A stretch of DNA of 64,000 nt from Priapulus caudatus (GCF_000485595.1 NW_014577081.1:258163-322162), one strand, 5' to 3'. Positions 1-10,832 are shown, numbered from the stretch's first letter. Notes: generated from the letters alone by a model not told the origin. Program-made: numbers and translations.

Positions 1-2090
1 TAAACGTCTTAGCCATAAGTTGTTCATAGCATGAACTAACTAAAACAGACATTGGAATTTATTTTAAAATGTTTTTATCTTAGGAAATTAGTCTTAAGGT
101 AGAAAAGAGATGGCACGAAAATCTGTGTTTTACAGATAACTATTCTAAATTAATGAGTTTATCTTTAGTCTACTCATTAAAGAGTTATAAATATACGTGT
201 AATTCTAAGAAGTTATTTTGAATTAATGAGTTTTACATGAATGATAGCAACAGTAAGTTTTTTCCCCGTTTTTGCGCCCGCAGATGATGCGCGTGCAGTG
301 CGATGCATCGCGTATGTCCGTGCGTGCTCGCAGTGCATATGAGCCGTGTCTTTTGTATGCGTGATGGGCGGTAACATCAAATATGGGCATACTAAAGTCA
401 TAATAACTCGGGCCCCTCTTATAAGGTTCTGATGAGTTAGGCGAAGTTTATTCCACGACTATTCTATTTCCAAACACAAGACAGGGATGACAGCACGTTG
501 CATTAGACACACAACATCCTTATATACATCAGGAGTAGATAATAGGGAATTCCCTTATTAAGTCTACTCCTGATACTATATAATACTTGACGTTAAACTT
601 TTGAATATCAATTCCATTGACAAGTGACCCTGCGCTATATCCCGGACTGCAATCTCTTGTAGATTTGATTAAGCGCAGCATCTTTGGCTGTTATTCGTAA
701 ATATCTATTATTCAGTGATTATCTGGACCAGTATTCTCGTGAAACCACTTGCGACACCTACCACTTGCGAAGTATTTCTAGTCGCTTTAAATAATTACAA
801 TTTTCCAAGTGTATAAACTGCAATATTTATTCTAAAACTCCTTTTCTCTTCAGAGGATCCGTGTTATCATTTATTAGTTTGCGATAACGGCGTGAACACT
901 GATATATTTAGTTCTTTGACCGGGAAACCAAAATGCAAGTGCAAAATCGATTTTATGGCTTCCACTGGCAAACGACAGCGTCTGTACCGGAATACTCTGG
1001 CGGAGGGGGAAAGTGTGTATTCAGAGCCATCACACTGGCTTCCATGTAGTGCAAATGTCCGGAAATGGTTCTTTGTAGAAGATTTTGGGCAACAAATCGA
1101 CCTGCCGTGGCAATTGATATGTGGCAATGAATGGCACGTGTATTATGATGCTCCTTTCTAATAATGCCATCATGTGTTGCTCAATGGAAGAAGCAGGTAG
1201 CAAATTGTGAAACAGGCACCGATGTGACACAACATTGATGCAAATACTGAGGACACTGTGTTTGTTGACCCGACTAACCTTCGTTGCCCAGCGTGCATGT
1301 GTCCTAGTGCATAATTTGGTAGCATGATGTGAGTTGGGATCCATGTGGGGAAGTGATTGCCGGCGAAGCCGGAACTTGTACGTTGATGTGCCTCTAAACT
1401 TTGACGTCTTTTGTGTTTGCCCCAAATGAAGAGCAGGTGCCAAATTGTGAACGGCATCTGAATGTGGATACATTGGACTGCAATACTTGCACGTGTTGTT
1501 GACAGACCGACTAACTTCGTTCACCAGCTATGTGTCCTAGTGGCTATTTGGAGAGCATGTGTGAGATTGTGATCCATGTGGGGAAAGTGTGATTGCAGGC
1601 AGACGCGAACTTGTAACCCGTTGCATACTCTAAACTTTGACGTCTTTTGTGTTGCACCCAAATGGAAGAGAGCAGGTGCCAATTGTAAGAAACGTGCATC
1701 ATCGTGATACATTGGAACTTAGCAATACTGGCACCTAAGTGTTGTTGACTAACCGACTGCCAAAAAAACCTATACGTTCCCAGCTGCATGTTCCTCAAGT
1801 GGCATATAATAGTAGAATAAAGCAATGAGCTATACGGGCCATACGTGGAAGAATGAGGATTGGACGACGACAGGACTAATGGGTAACGTTGATCCTCTAA
1901 AACTTTTGACGTCTTTGTGTTTTGCCCGCCTTCCTCGTAACCACCTGTTTCTGATACTAACCGGATGGTGAGAGGACTGTCCTGAAGACAATAGACGGTT
2001 ATACGGTTGTTCGCGGGGGATGTTTTCAAACAATCGCAAACAACCCAGTAAAGTAAGTTCAGCTGCTTATTTTGTAATCAGTAAAATCTT
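1..2090 (+). repeat. Inverted duplicate of 3945-5400 (indel-rich copy, runs off the window start)
   Basis: 1-60 (taaacgtcttagccataagttgttcatagcatg) is the reverse complement of 5341-5400, and collinearity continues to the splice donor at ~2048 / 3982. Bases 1-853 correspond to 4621-5400 (780 bp), about 9% longer through scattered small insertions. Confidence 0.93.
854..2047 (+). pseudogene. Frameshifted copy of the EGF-array exon with three copies of the EGF4-EGF5 pair (probably uncorrected long-read sequence)
   Basis: Acceptor cttttctcttcag|AGGATCC and donor AACCCA|gta match the 4620-3983 exon. The unit start aatggaag..gcaggtgccaattgt recurs at ~1183, ~1425 and ~1661. Many frameshifts. Confidence 0.8.
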
Positions 2091-2445
2091 TCACAATGCA
2101 TACATTGCTTTTTACCCCCTATTATTTTATTAATTATACATTACTACAATAATTTCATATAGTCTTGAGGTTAAGCTTATCGCGCACTAGGGAAATAATT
2201 TTACATTGGACACAAATAGCGGCCTACACACACAGATATTGGTTTCATTTTCTTTTGAATTTCACGGCGTAGTTTATCCTATTTAGTCACATAATGCAGT
2301 TTTTACGCCATGTTATTTGTATACGGTTAAACTCTACTGATAAAGGATATAATGTTATCAAGAAAGCTTCTGGTGTATAATATATATAAATTAATATTAT
2401 ATATATATATATAATAATATATATATATAAACAATATATATATTA

Positions 2446-2768
2446 TGTGTGTGTGTAGTGTGTTTGTCGTGTATGTAGTGTGTGTAGTGTGTGTGGTGTG
2501 TAGTGATGTGTGCTGTGGTGTCTGTGTGTCGTGCTGTGAGTGTAGCGTTGGCTGTGATGTGTGTGGTGTGTCTCTCTGTAGTGTGTGTGTGTAGTGTGTG
2601 GTGTGTGGTTGTGTGTGTGTGTGTGCTGTGTGTCGTGTGTGTGATATGTGTGTTTATGTGTGCACATGTGTGTGTATTGTGTGTGTGTGGGGTGTGGTGT
2701 TGATTGGTGTGTGTGCTGTGCGTGCGTGTGCGTGTGCGTGAGCGTGTGTGCGCGCGCGCGTGTGTGTC
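2446..2768. repeat. Compound (TG)n/(TGCG)n microsatellite, intronic
   Basis: Direct inspection; it explains the His/Thr- and Cys/Val-rich ORFs here. Confidence 0.95.
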
Positions 2769-2933
2769 ACAGTATATACTATGTATTATATATGTCAATA
2801 TAGCGCCTTGAGCTAGATATGAGATTGGTGTGATACTGAAACGCACTAGACAAATGTGTGCATAACCGCTTCGTCTTTCTTCTTTTTTTGGTATCTAAAC
2901 TATGCAGCGGTTTTCGTTTTCTTTTGTTTGCAG

Positions 2934-3113
2934 ACTATGCTCATGAACCAGACTCCCATGACCTGTGCCGACGCCTGCGATATGGCGGGGACTGCATGTT
3001 TTTCATTTAACTATTTAATTAGCAACGGTAAGTGTACATACTCCACTGATGTCGCCGGAGATGGTGACCTTCAACAAAATCCACAAATGTGTTATTACGA
3101 AAAAGTAAATTAA
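2934..3113 (+). CDS. Terminal exon: C-terminal half of a PAN/apple domain
   Basis: Strong acceptor ttttcgttttcttttgtttgcag| in phase 0. TMLMNQTPMTCADACDMAGTACFSFNYLISNGKCTYSTDVAGDGDLQQNPQMCYYEKVN* has the PAN pattern CxxxC..C.SFNY....C....YYEK. It joins the phase-0 donor after ...GYTVVRGMFFNNRNNP. Confidence 0.85.
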   Translation, partial: TMLMNQTPMTCADACDMAGTACFSFNYLISNGKCTYSTDVAGDGDLQQNPQMCYYEKVN

Positions 3114-3283
3114 TGTAACGCAAGACATGCGCACGATTTTGAAGGCCAGACCAGGCAATTTATCTATCGCTCGGGTTAATATTTGACAGTACAATACAGC
3201 TACAATACAATTATGAGTCTCGACTAGGTTTGTTCGCTCATGAGACCATTGTTTAAAAAGGGGAACTCACTTTGTTCAGAGCC

Positions 3284-3712
3284 GCCGGGGGGGCAGCTCG
3301 CCTCAGAACTGGGTAGATGGGGGTGGGGGTCCTCGGGGACCCTTGAAAACCTGACCCTGTCGCAACCGCTTTGTTGCCCTAAAATACGCCCTTCCCAATA
3401 TACTGCAACTTAGAAAGTAGTAAACCCTGTTTGCAATATTGCACTAATTTACGGTTAATGTCCTGTCCTGGTCAATCATAGGCAGATATTTGTCCAATAT
3501 TGGCACTGGTGAATATTGGCCCACATATATGTTTTTGCCAATATCTGGTCCAAATCATCGAGCTTGATGGGTTGTGTATCAAGATAACCCTGTGCCAATA
3601 ATGGATGTTCGGAAATATACCCTAAGTGACCAATAATGATGCTCGGAAAAGTATACCCTGTCCAGCGGCACGTAGCCCAGTACCTTTAATAAATGGGAGT
3701 GGCCCCCCCCCG
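3284..3712. mobile_element. Probable non-autonomous DNA transposon with G/C-run termini
   Basis: Starts ccggggggg-cagctc and ends gagtggccccccccg, with internal accctgt / caatat repeats. No TSD identified. Confidence 0.4.
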
Positions 3713-3982
3713 ACGCCACCGGGGCGGTCAGAGCTTGCTGTTGGTTTCGCGTCTACGGGCAGAAATTGATCGGTTAATGAATATATGTGAGCAATAATAT
3801 TTGTCAAGTCAAGGAGCCACGGAAATTATATTTATTATAATTATATATATATAGATATATAATATATATAATATTTATTTATTTATTTATTTATTTATGT
3901 TTTATGTTTGAGGGGAAATTGTCAAAATATGTTGCAATGAAAGATTTTACTGATACAAAAATAAGCAGCTGAAATTACTTAC

Positions 3983-4620
3983 TGGGTTGTTGCGATTGTT
4001 GAAGAACATCCCGCGAACAACCGTATAACCGTCTATGTCATCAGGACAGTCCTCACCATCCGGTGTATCAGAACAGGTGGACGAGGAAGGCGGGCAAACA
4101 CAAAAGACGTCAAAGTTTAGAGGATCAACGGTACAAGTTCCGTCGCCGCAATCCACTTCCCCACATGGATCCAACTCACACATGCTACCAAATATGCCAC
4201 TAGGACACATGCAGCTGGGAACGAAGGTAGTCGGGTCAACAACACAGGTGCCAGTATTGCAGTCCAATGTGTCACATGGTGCCGTTTCACAATTGGCACC
4301 TGCTCTTCCATTGGAGCAAACACAGATGGCATTATTAGAAAGAGCATCAATAATACACGTGCCATTATTGCAATCAATGCCACGGCAGGGTGATTTGTTG
4401 CAAAATCTTCCAAATGAACCATCCGGACATTTGCACAATGGGAAGCCAGTGTATGGCTCTAATACACACTTTCCTCCTCCGCAGAGTATGCCGGTACAGA
4501 CGTGTAGTTTGCAGTGGAAGCCATAAAATCCGAGTTTGCACTTGCATTTTGGTTTCCCGGTCAAAGAACTAATATAGCAGTGTCCGCCGTTATCGCAACT
4601 ATAATGATAACACGGATCCT
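3983..4620 (-). CDS. Exon encoding five tandem EGF-like domains plus the N-terminal part of a PAN domain
   Basis: Acceptor cttcctttctttcag|AG (phase 1), donor CCA|gtaagt (phase 0). Translation DPCYHYSCDNGGHC...CKCKLGFYGFHC, HVCTGILC...CPDGSFGRFC, SPCRGIDC...CSNGRAGANC, APCDTLDC...CPSGIFGSMC, DPCGEVDC...CVCPPSSSTC, then CPDDIDGYTVVRGMFFNNRNNP. Confidence 0.92.
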
Positions 4621-4882
4621 CTGAAAGAAAGGAAGTTTAGATAAATATGCAGTTATAACACTGGAAAATTGCTAATTCGATTTAAAGCGACTAGAAATAC
4701 GTTCGCAAGTTGGTAGTGTCGCAGTGGTTCACGAGAATAACTGGTCCAATAATCCACTGAATAATAATAATTACAATAACAGCAAAGAAGCTGCGCTAAT
4801 AAATCACAGAGATGCAGTCCGGGGAATAGCGCAGGGTCACTTGTAATGGAATTGATATAAAGTTAACGTCAAGTATATATAG

Positions 4883-4928
4883 TATCAGGAGTAGATAATA
4901 GGGAATTTCCTATTATCTACTCCTGATA
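4883..4928. mobile_element. ~45-bp hairpin mini-element (atcagRagtagataatagg...cctattatctactYctgat family)
   Basis: Near-perfect stem-loop. Related copies at ~529-573, ~14484-14531, ~21282-21327, ~21580-21625 and ~35519-35562. Confidence 0.7.
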
Positions 4929-5329
4929 GTATATAGGATGTTGTGTCTAATGAAGTGCATTGTAGTCCCTGTCTGTGTTGGGAAAATAGAAAGTCGTGGA
5001 ATAAAAATCAGCTACTCACAGAACCTTATAGGGGACCGAGTATTGGACTAGGTATGCCCATATTTGATACCGCCCACACGCATACAAAGCACACGCATAT
5101 GCACGCGAGCACGCACGCACATACGCATGCATGCACGCACGCGCATCACTGCGGGCAAAACGGAACTTACTGTTGCATCATTCATGTAAAAATCATAATT
5201 CAAACATAACTTCTTGAATACACGTATATAACTCTTTAAGAGTTAGACTAAGATAAACTCTTAATTTAGAAGTTATCTGTAAAACACAGATTTTCGTGCA
5301 TCTTTTCTACTTAAGCTAATTTCCTAAGA

Positions 5330-5599
5330 TAAAACATTTAAAAAAATTCCAATGTCTGTTTAGTAGTTCATGCTATGAACAACTTATGGCTAAACGTTTA
5401 GGTCCCAACCCTTTCCGATTTCTGAGAAATGTGGCACGTTGCCGTCACGTAATTAACGATTGATTTTTTTATGATTATTTTCATCGTGAGCGTAGCTTTG
5501 TTTTATTAAATAGATATGTGTTTGATTGAATTTGGTGAGCAGTTATGTTGTAATGACCTTTACAGTGGTACCTGTCCGTAACCCTGACTGTATCCTTAA
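5330..5599. mobile_element. Right end of a Kolobok-like non-autonomous element (same family as 59480-59953)
   Basis: tatgaacaacttatggctaaacgtttaggtcccaac and tttgattgaatttggtgagcagttat...tacctgtccgtaaccc..cc|ttaa match 59700-59957. Confidence 0.6.
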
Positions 5600-5691
5600 A
5601 ATTTTCTAATGAAACTTGGTTAACGCGTAAATGATAGCCCAATTAGGAACAATGTATTCATTCTATTAAACCCGATTTCATTCTGTCTTTA

Positions 5692-6560
5692 AGGGCCGGA
5701 CACACCAGGCGATGCCATCGGCCGATGATCGGCCGATTCCATCGGCCGATGGCATCGGCGTGAAAATCGCCTGGTGTGTCCACTCAATCGCCGCCGATGC
5801 CATCGGCCGATGGCGTCGGCCGATGGCATCGCCCTGGCATCGCACAGATCAAAACGTTTTGATATTATCGCCCGATGGCATCGGCCGATGCCATCGGCCG
5901 ATGGCATCGCCTGGTGTGTCCACGACTGCCCGATGCCAGCCCGATGCCATCGGGCGATTTTACAATTCATCAGCCAATCAGAGTTGTTCAATGATACTGA
6001 CGTAATTCGACAAAATGGCAGACTTAATGGAGCAGGAGATAACCTGGTCCTACGACAGAGTGGCAGAGTTGATTACTTTGTGGGAGGCGAAGCCCCTCTT
6101 GTACGATATGTCCCTGTTTGAGTACAGAGACAGAACGAAGAAGGAGGCCGTGAAGGTTTCGATGGCGGCGAAGCTCGGCGTCACCGGTAATTGACCGGGG
6201 AAAATTGATAAACAATACACGCGTACTGTAAATTTGCTGCTGTGTTGTTTGTAAAAGGTGTTGTTTTGCTGCTGCTGTTGCTGTGTTGCTGCTGCCTACT
6301 ACTACTACTACTAGTTACCCCCACTTTCTCTCTCTCTCTCTCTCGCACTGCGCGCGCAAGAATCGGGCGATGCCATCGGCCGATGGCATCGCCTGGTGTG
6401 TCCACGACGGCGCGATGCCATCGGCCGATGATCGGCCGATGGCATCGCCTGGTGTGTCCACGACTGCGCGATGCCATCGGCCGATGGCATCGCCCGATGC
6501 CATCGGCCGATGGCGTCGGCCGATGGCATCGCCCTGGCATCGCCTGGTGTGTCCGGCCCT
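5692..6560 (+). mobile_element. PIF/Harbinger non-autonomous derivative, intronic
   Basis: TIRs agggccggacacaccaggcgatgcca / tggcatcgcctggtgtgtccggccct; 3-bp TSD TTA (5689-5691, 6561-6563); subterminal arrays of the palindrome cgatgccatcggccgatggcatcg; internal MADF exon. Confidence 0.9.
6015..6186 (+). CDS. MADF (Myb/SANT-like) DNA-binding domain, first exon of the Harbinger accessory gene
   Basis: caaaATG start; MADLMEQEITWSYDRVAELITLWEAKPLLYDMSLFEYRDRTKKEAVKVSMAAKLGVT fits W..LI.L....P.LYD....Y.DR.KK....A..LG. Donor G|gtaatt; the unspliced ORF stops at 6194 (59 aa, not in the ORF track). Confidence 0.8.
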
Positions 6561-6613
6561 TTAGTTATCGGTTCAAACGTATTAATTCTCTGCAATTTCC
6601 GGGCGGGCGTTAC

Positions 6614-6769
6614 CTATAATGCAGCTGCCGACGCCATCATCAGCTGGCACGGCGACGTGTCCTGGCAGACATTTGCAGCGATGGGCACCGCTTCCTGGTT
6701 CTAAATCGCATTCGCTTTGCGGTGCTATGCACTGTCGGCTGTCTAAACACTTCCCGCCTAGTTGTACAG
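6614..6769 (-). CDS. Exon encoding an EB-type/EGF-like Cys module
   Basis: Acceptor ttttttcggttcttcgcag|CT, donor ATAG|gtaacg; 156 bp, phase 1-1. VQLGGKCLDSRQCIAPQSECDLEPGSGAHRCKCLPGHVAVPADDGVGSCII; splices in frame to 4620. Confidence 0.82.
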
Positions 6770-7408
6770 CTGCGAAGAACCGAAAAAAGGTAAAGAAGGA
6801 CATGTCGAATGTGTAATAATGCGCAATTAATGCGCTTTTACATTTAGAACGAAAATCGATCTTGCAATAGTCTTAGCTATACTGTAACGGTATCAGAGGC
6901 GATATGCCAATAAGCTATGGAAGAAGCCGGGTTTTTTTTATATCATGACAATTATCTAGTTTCTAATCTTCAACTGATCATGATAATTTTATGAAAGGTT
7001 ATAAGTTTTGCATGAAGAAATTGGAAACGAAGGGGAGGCAATCAGGTTGAGTTAAAACAACCTCAATTTCGGTATATTTCTACACGTAGGTTTTACGCTT
7101 ACGCAGACAAAATTCTACACCCAATATATGATTAGCCAAGAATTTTGTATCATTACGGACGGATCAAATATATGAATGTAAATTAATATTATTAAAAATT
7201 ATTAAAATAAATTATTAATTTAATTATAGGTAAATTATGAAACACACCGACGAATCCAGATACAGAACGCATGTTAAATTAAAAAATAAATGAATATATT
7301 TCATTGAATATAATGATGTTATTATAACTTTACAGAGAATGGTTTTTGCGCATCGTATATATGTGTTGAGAAATGGTGAACCGATCAGACTTTTGGAGCA
7401 TATCTCAC

Positions 7409-7476
7409 CTGGAAGGCGATTCCGCGAGTCTAGAAACTCCACGCATGTTTTTGCATCCTTTGGGTCGCCAATGGTT
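7409..7476 (-). CDS. Short linker exon of the ZP-N/EGF/PAN gene
   Basis: ttctag|A ACC...CCA G|gtgaga; 68 bp, phase 2 to 1, which exactly bridges the 8663 donor and the 6769 acceptor. TIGDPKDAKTCVEFLDSRNRLP. Confidence 0.6.
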
Positions 7477-7769
7477 CTAGAATTTAAATGCATAAAGTTT
7501 CCGATTTAATGACAAGCTCAATAGAATCAATGGTGTACGAATACACGATGATTTCAGTAACTTTTCCTATATTGTAAGAGATTCAGCCGCTGCAGTGAAA
7601 TATAGGTAAAGAATAATTTATGCTAACATTAAACCCGTGTAATTAACAAGGTAGGTCTTGTTATTACCGTGTTATTAGTGATTATATTGTACTGGGAAAG
7701 GGTTGAAGATCTCCGTGTAGGATGGCAACCTAGGTGAGTGACCGTGCCTAGGTCCCGTCATCGGGGACA

Positions 7770-7815
7770 CTCCATTAGGAGTGTTCCCAACTTTAATGTC
7801 ATTAATGGTCATAAT

Positions 7816-7853
<38 letters not shown>

Positions 7854-7913
7854 TCATATATTAGTTTGTGGTTTAATGTCATTTAGGTTAGGGTTAGGGT
7901 TAGGATTATCAAT
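7770..7913. mobile_element. Partial, oppositely oriented copy of the 8190-8382 MITE
   Basis: ctccattaggagtgttcccaacttt terminus; internal tggtcatatattagtttgtggtttaatgtcatttaggttagggttagg is the reverse complement of 8250-8320. Confidence 0.7.
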
Positions 7914-8189
7914 CTTAAAGGCTACGCAAATATATAGTGCCGTACCTCCCGCGTCATTACCAAAACAATAACGAACCGCCTGGCTAGAAGCGCCCCTAGT
8001 TAATTACAACGCACAATGTACAATACAACAATTATAAGTATAAGGCATAATAAACGCGATACCGTTTCTATGCAGCTTTACTAAGCGTAGAGTCGTTGTC
8101 TAGAGAGACATTTTTTTATTATACGTCATAAGTATTATTAAGTCAATCCTATATTTTACGGACGCATTTGTAGGAAGGCCAGGCTAACG

Positions 8190-8382
8190 CTCCATTAGGA
8201 GTGTTCCCAACTTTGATATCATTAATGATTAATGATTAATGATTAATGATTGATAATCCTAACCGTAACCCTAACCCTAACCTAAATGACATTAAACCAC
8301 AAACTAATATATGACCATGACCATATATATTATGTTATTATGACAATTAATGACATTAAAGTTGGCAACACTCCTAATTGAG
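8190..8382. mobile_element. MITE with ~35-bp TIRs and an internal (CCCTAA)-like tract
   Basis: ctccattaggagtgttcccaactttgatatcattaat ... attaatgacattaaagttggcaacactcctaattgag; TSD not clear. Confidence 0.72.
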
Positions 8383-8662
8383 TATCACCTCAAGGCCACG
8401 TGTCTAAGTACCTTTTTAGCGAATCTCTTGAGTAGCTGGCAGATATACAATGTACCCACCTTTTTATAAAACGGACACATGTCAATAAAGGTCTCATTTG
8501 GCGTTTCCGTTACGTACAGGGTTGACCTTATTTGGTTTTAACGTCAATTGACAATGCGTTTTTGCTTGCAATCCACGAATGTTTTGCAAGGATGAGCGAG
8601 TTGCCGATCCCAATATGATCATTATAGAGTGGAGGCGGCCTGCGTGGCTATACAAGACGTAC

Positions 8663-8769
8663 TTGTGAATGTCAAGGTCGCACCACACGTCGATGCGGAG
8701 CAGTGGTTCGTACGTATTGAAGTCGATGTTGAGCGTGTTGCTGTAGACATATAGGTCTTCTTCATTGTC
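8663..8769 (-). CDS. Exon: second half of a ZP-N (cuticlin-like) domain
   Basis: ggttttcacccag|GAC (phase 0) to CAC AA|gtacgt (phase 2). DNEEDLYVYSNTLNIDFNTYEPLLRIDVWCDLDIH carries the ZP-N Y.N.L strand and the fourth Cys. Confidence 0.75.
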
Positions 8770-8955
8770 CTGGGTGAAAACCAACATGCAAAAGTTGGTC
8801 GGATCTTAACGTGTTTAATTCAATCATTTTAAAGAGAGCTTTTGCTTTTGTAACTTTTCAAAAGATTCGTAGTTTATACGATCACGCTTGCTGATGCTCG
8901 CAAAATGTAGAACAGATGTGCAAATCAACAGCATACAGCATATGCTATCGCCTAC

Positions 8956-9167
8956 CTCGTGTTTCTTTTCAACGCGTTCCTGCACACCGCACGAGTTGGG
9001 AGGAAAGAAGAGTGTCACTCGCGTCTTGCCATAGCCTCGAGTCTCACAGGCTGGTTGCCCCTGCCATCCGACCGGAGCCACGACGCCGTGGAACGGGCGC
9101 CTGAAGTAGATCTCTACGACCATGCCTCGACAGTAGCTATCGCAGCGTGCTGTCCCGATGAGCACAC
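8956..9167 (-). CDS. Exon: first half of a ZP-N (cuticlin-like) domain
   Basis: VLIGTARCDSYCRGMVVEIYFRRPFHGVVAPVGWQGQPACETRGYGKTRVTLFFPPNSCGVQERVEKKHE matches C...M.V......PF.G.V........C..........CG. Donor GAG|gtaggc (phase 0). The 5' acceptor (tccctag|) is less certain. Confidence 0.78.
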
Positions 9168-9426
9168 CTAGGGACCATCGCGGCGCTCGAAACTGAGTGC
9201 TAATTCTCGCTCTAAAGCAACTAGTATGTATTATAGCTGTTTCTATGCCCGGCGTGATATGACCATCTATATATATTATATTAAAGAGATATGCTCATAC
9301 TCACTGTGGTATGATGATGTACGTATCTATACTATTGTATTGTAGCATTATATGGCATGTTAGTACTATGTTCAATTGGTAATCCGTTCAATTTGATATC
9401 TTTTTAGACATGATCTATACGTTGAC

Positions 9427-9550
9427 TAGCTCTAGTACTATAGCCCGCGTACATTGACTGCCGCACTATAGCCCGCGTACATTGACTGCCTGCGGCCTGC
9501 GGCCTGCGGCCTGCGGCAGTCAATGTACGCGGGCTATAGTACTAGAGCTA
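9427..9550. mobile_element. Fold-back MITE with 9-bp TSD (Mutator-like), tagctctag family
   Basis: TIR tagctctagtactatagcccgcgtacattgactgcc / ggcagtcaatgtacgcgggctatagtactagagcta; perfect TSD tacgttgac at 9418-9426 and 9551-9559. Confidence 0.88.
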
Positions 9551-9653
9551 TACGTTGACATGATATTTGTCGCCGTCTATTGGCATAGACCACGACGATA
9601 AGGACAATAAGTACATCAACAGCAGATGATATTAGCTGTCCGCATCCACTGAC

Positions 9654-9922
9654 GCTGATAGGGTCTATGTCCCCTAGGGTACTGCCGGAACGTACCCTGG
9701 GTACGGTCCGGTATACCGGAACGTACCCTGGTACTAAATACTACTATCTAATATGCCGGACCGTACCTCGCCTACTCCACTAACGAGTCTAGGAAGTCGC
9801 CTACGCCTACTTCCTAACCCTAACCATATCAGCTAGATAGTTACCAGGGTACGTTCCGGTATACCGGACCGTACCCAGGGTACGTTCCGGCAGTACCCTG
9901 GGGGGACATAGACCCTATCAGC
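9654..9922. mobile_element. MITE with ~80-bp TIRs and 9-bp TSD (Mutator-like), gctgatagg family
   Basis: gctgatagggtctatgtcccc..gggtactgccggaacgtaccctgggtacggtccggtataccgg and its reverse complement at the right end; TSD tccactgac / tccacggac. Confidence 0.88.
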
Positions 9923-9952
9923 TCCACGGACAGACACCGTCGCTCTACGTAC

Positions 9953-9999
9953 CATTCGTATAATGTGAGACACGATGTCCATATCCTTTCTCGTGCGAC
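9953..9999 (-). CDS. Candidate upstream 47-bp exon of the ZP-N gene
   Basis: ggttttgacag| ... AATG|gtacgt; the reading SHEKGYGHRVSHYTN ends in phase 1, compatible with the 9167 acceptor. No homology support. Confidence 0.35.
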
Positions 10000-10832
10000 C
10001 TGTCAAAACCACGTCGAATATTTAAAACGGATATATTGTAACCATATTTATACAAGAGAGCGTATATAGATGCTTAAAATATATATTTCAAATTTTTATA
10101 CTTAGAAGAGGGATACTTGTAAACTAAGAAGCGGTTCGTTAATATTGCTGTGCTTTTGTGATATCACGCTACTCTATGGACGCGGAAAGCTATCACGAAA
10201 ACAATGTGCGCCAGGGTGTGAGCTAGGGCACTCCCTACAAAAATAGGGCAGGTATGTGCAACTTGAGAGATGAAATTGGAGGGCTCCGATACCAACTCAG
10301 CACATCAAAATAGGGGTCTCCGGAACCACGGTTTGCTGGAAAGCATGATGCTCCGGAACAGGACATGTTTGCGAGAGGGGTCTCCGGAACGTGTGGAAAA
10401 AAGTAGGACCTATTCGCCGGGACGGGAAATATGTAAAAAGGGGGGTCTTCGTGTAACAGTGTTAATCAAGGGTCTGACCAATGGTCAGACATAGGGGAGG
10501 GACTGATTTATTTTGAGTAGTATATAATCGCATGCAGGGCGTCGGAGAGAAAAGTATACAAGTTTTACAGTTTTTCAGGCTCAGTACTCTACTAGTCGGT
10601 ATTAGTGATTCTCTGAGTAGAATAAAGCCATCCAGTCTGTTATAACAGATATGTTTTGAATCGTTATTCGTCTCACGCCGTACGAGAGACACAGAGACAA
10701 GTCTGACGTTACCTTTAAGTTCACCGCAGCACGAACCGAACCGAAACTATAGTACCTATATAACATTCGGTGCGGAAAAAAGTAAGACCTATATGCCCCG
10801 GGACGGAAAATATGTGAAAAGGGGGGTCATAC

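Noticed and set aside
4035..4526. 163-aa plus-strand ORF
   Set aside because: Antisense shadow of the EGF exon.
5689..6704. Overlapping ORFs with MPSADGI/RCHRPMAS repeats
   Set aside because: Translations of the palindromic subterminal repeats, open on both strands for compositional reasons.
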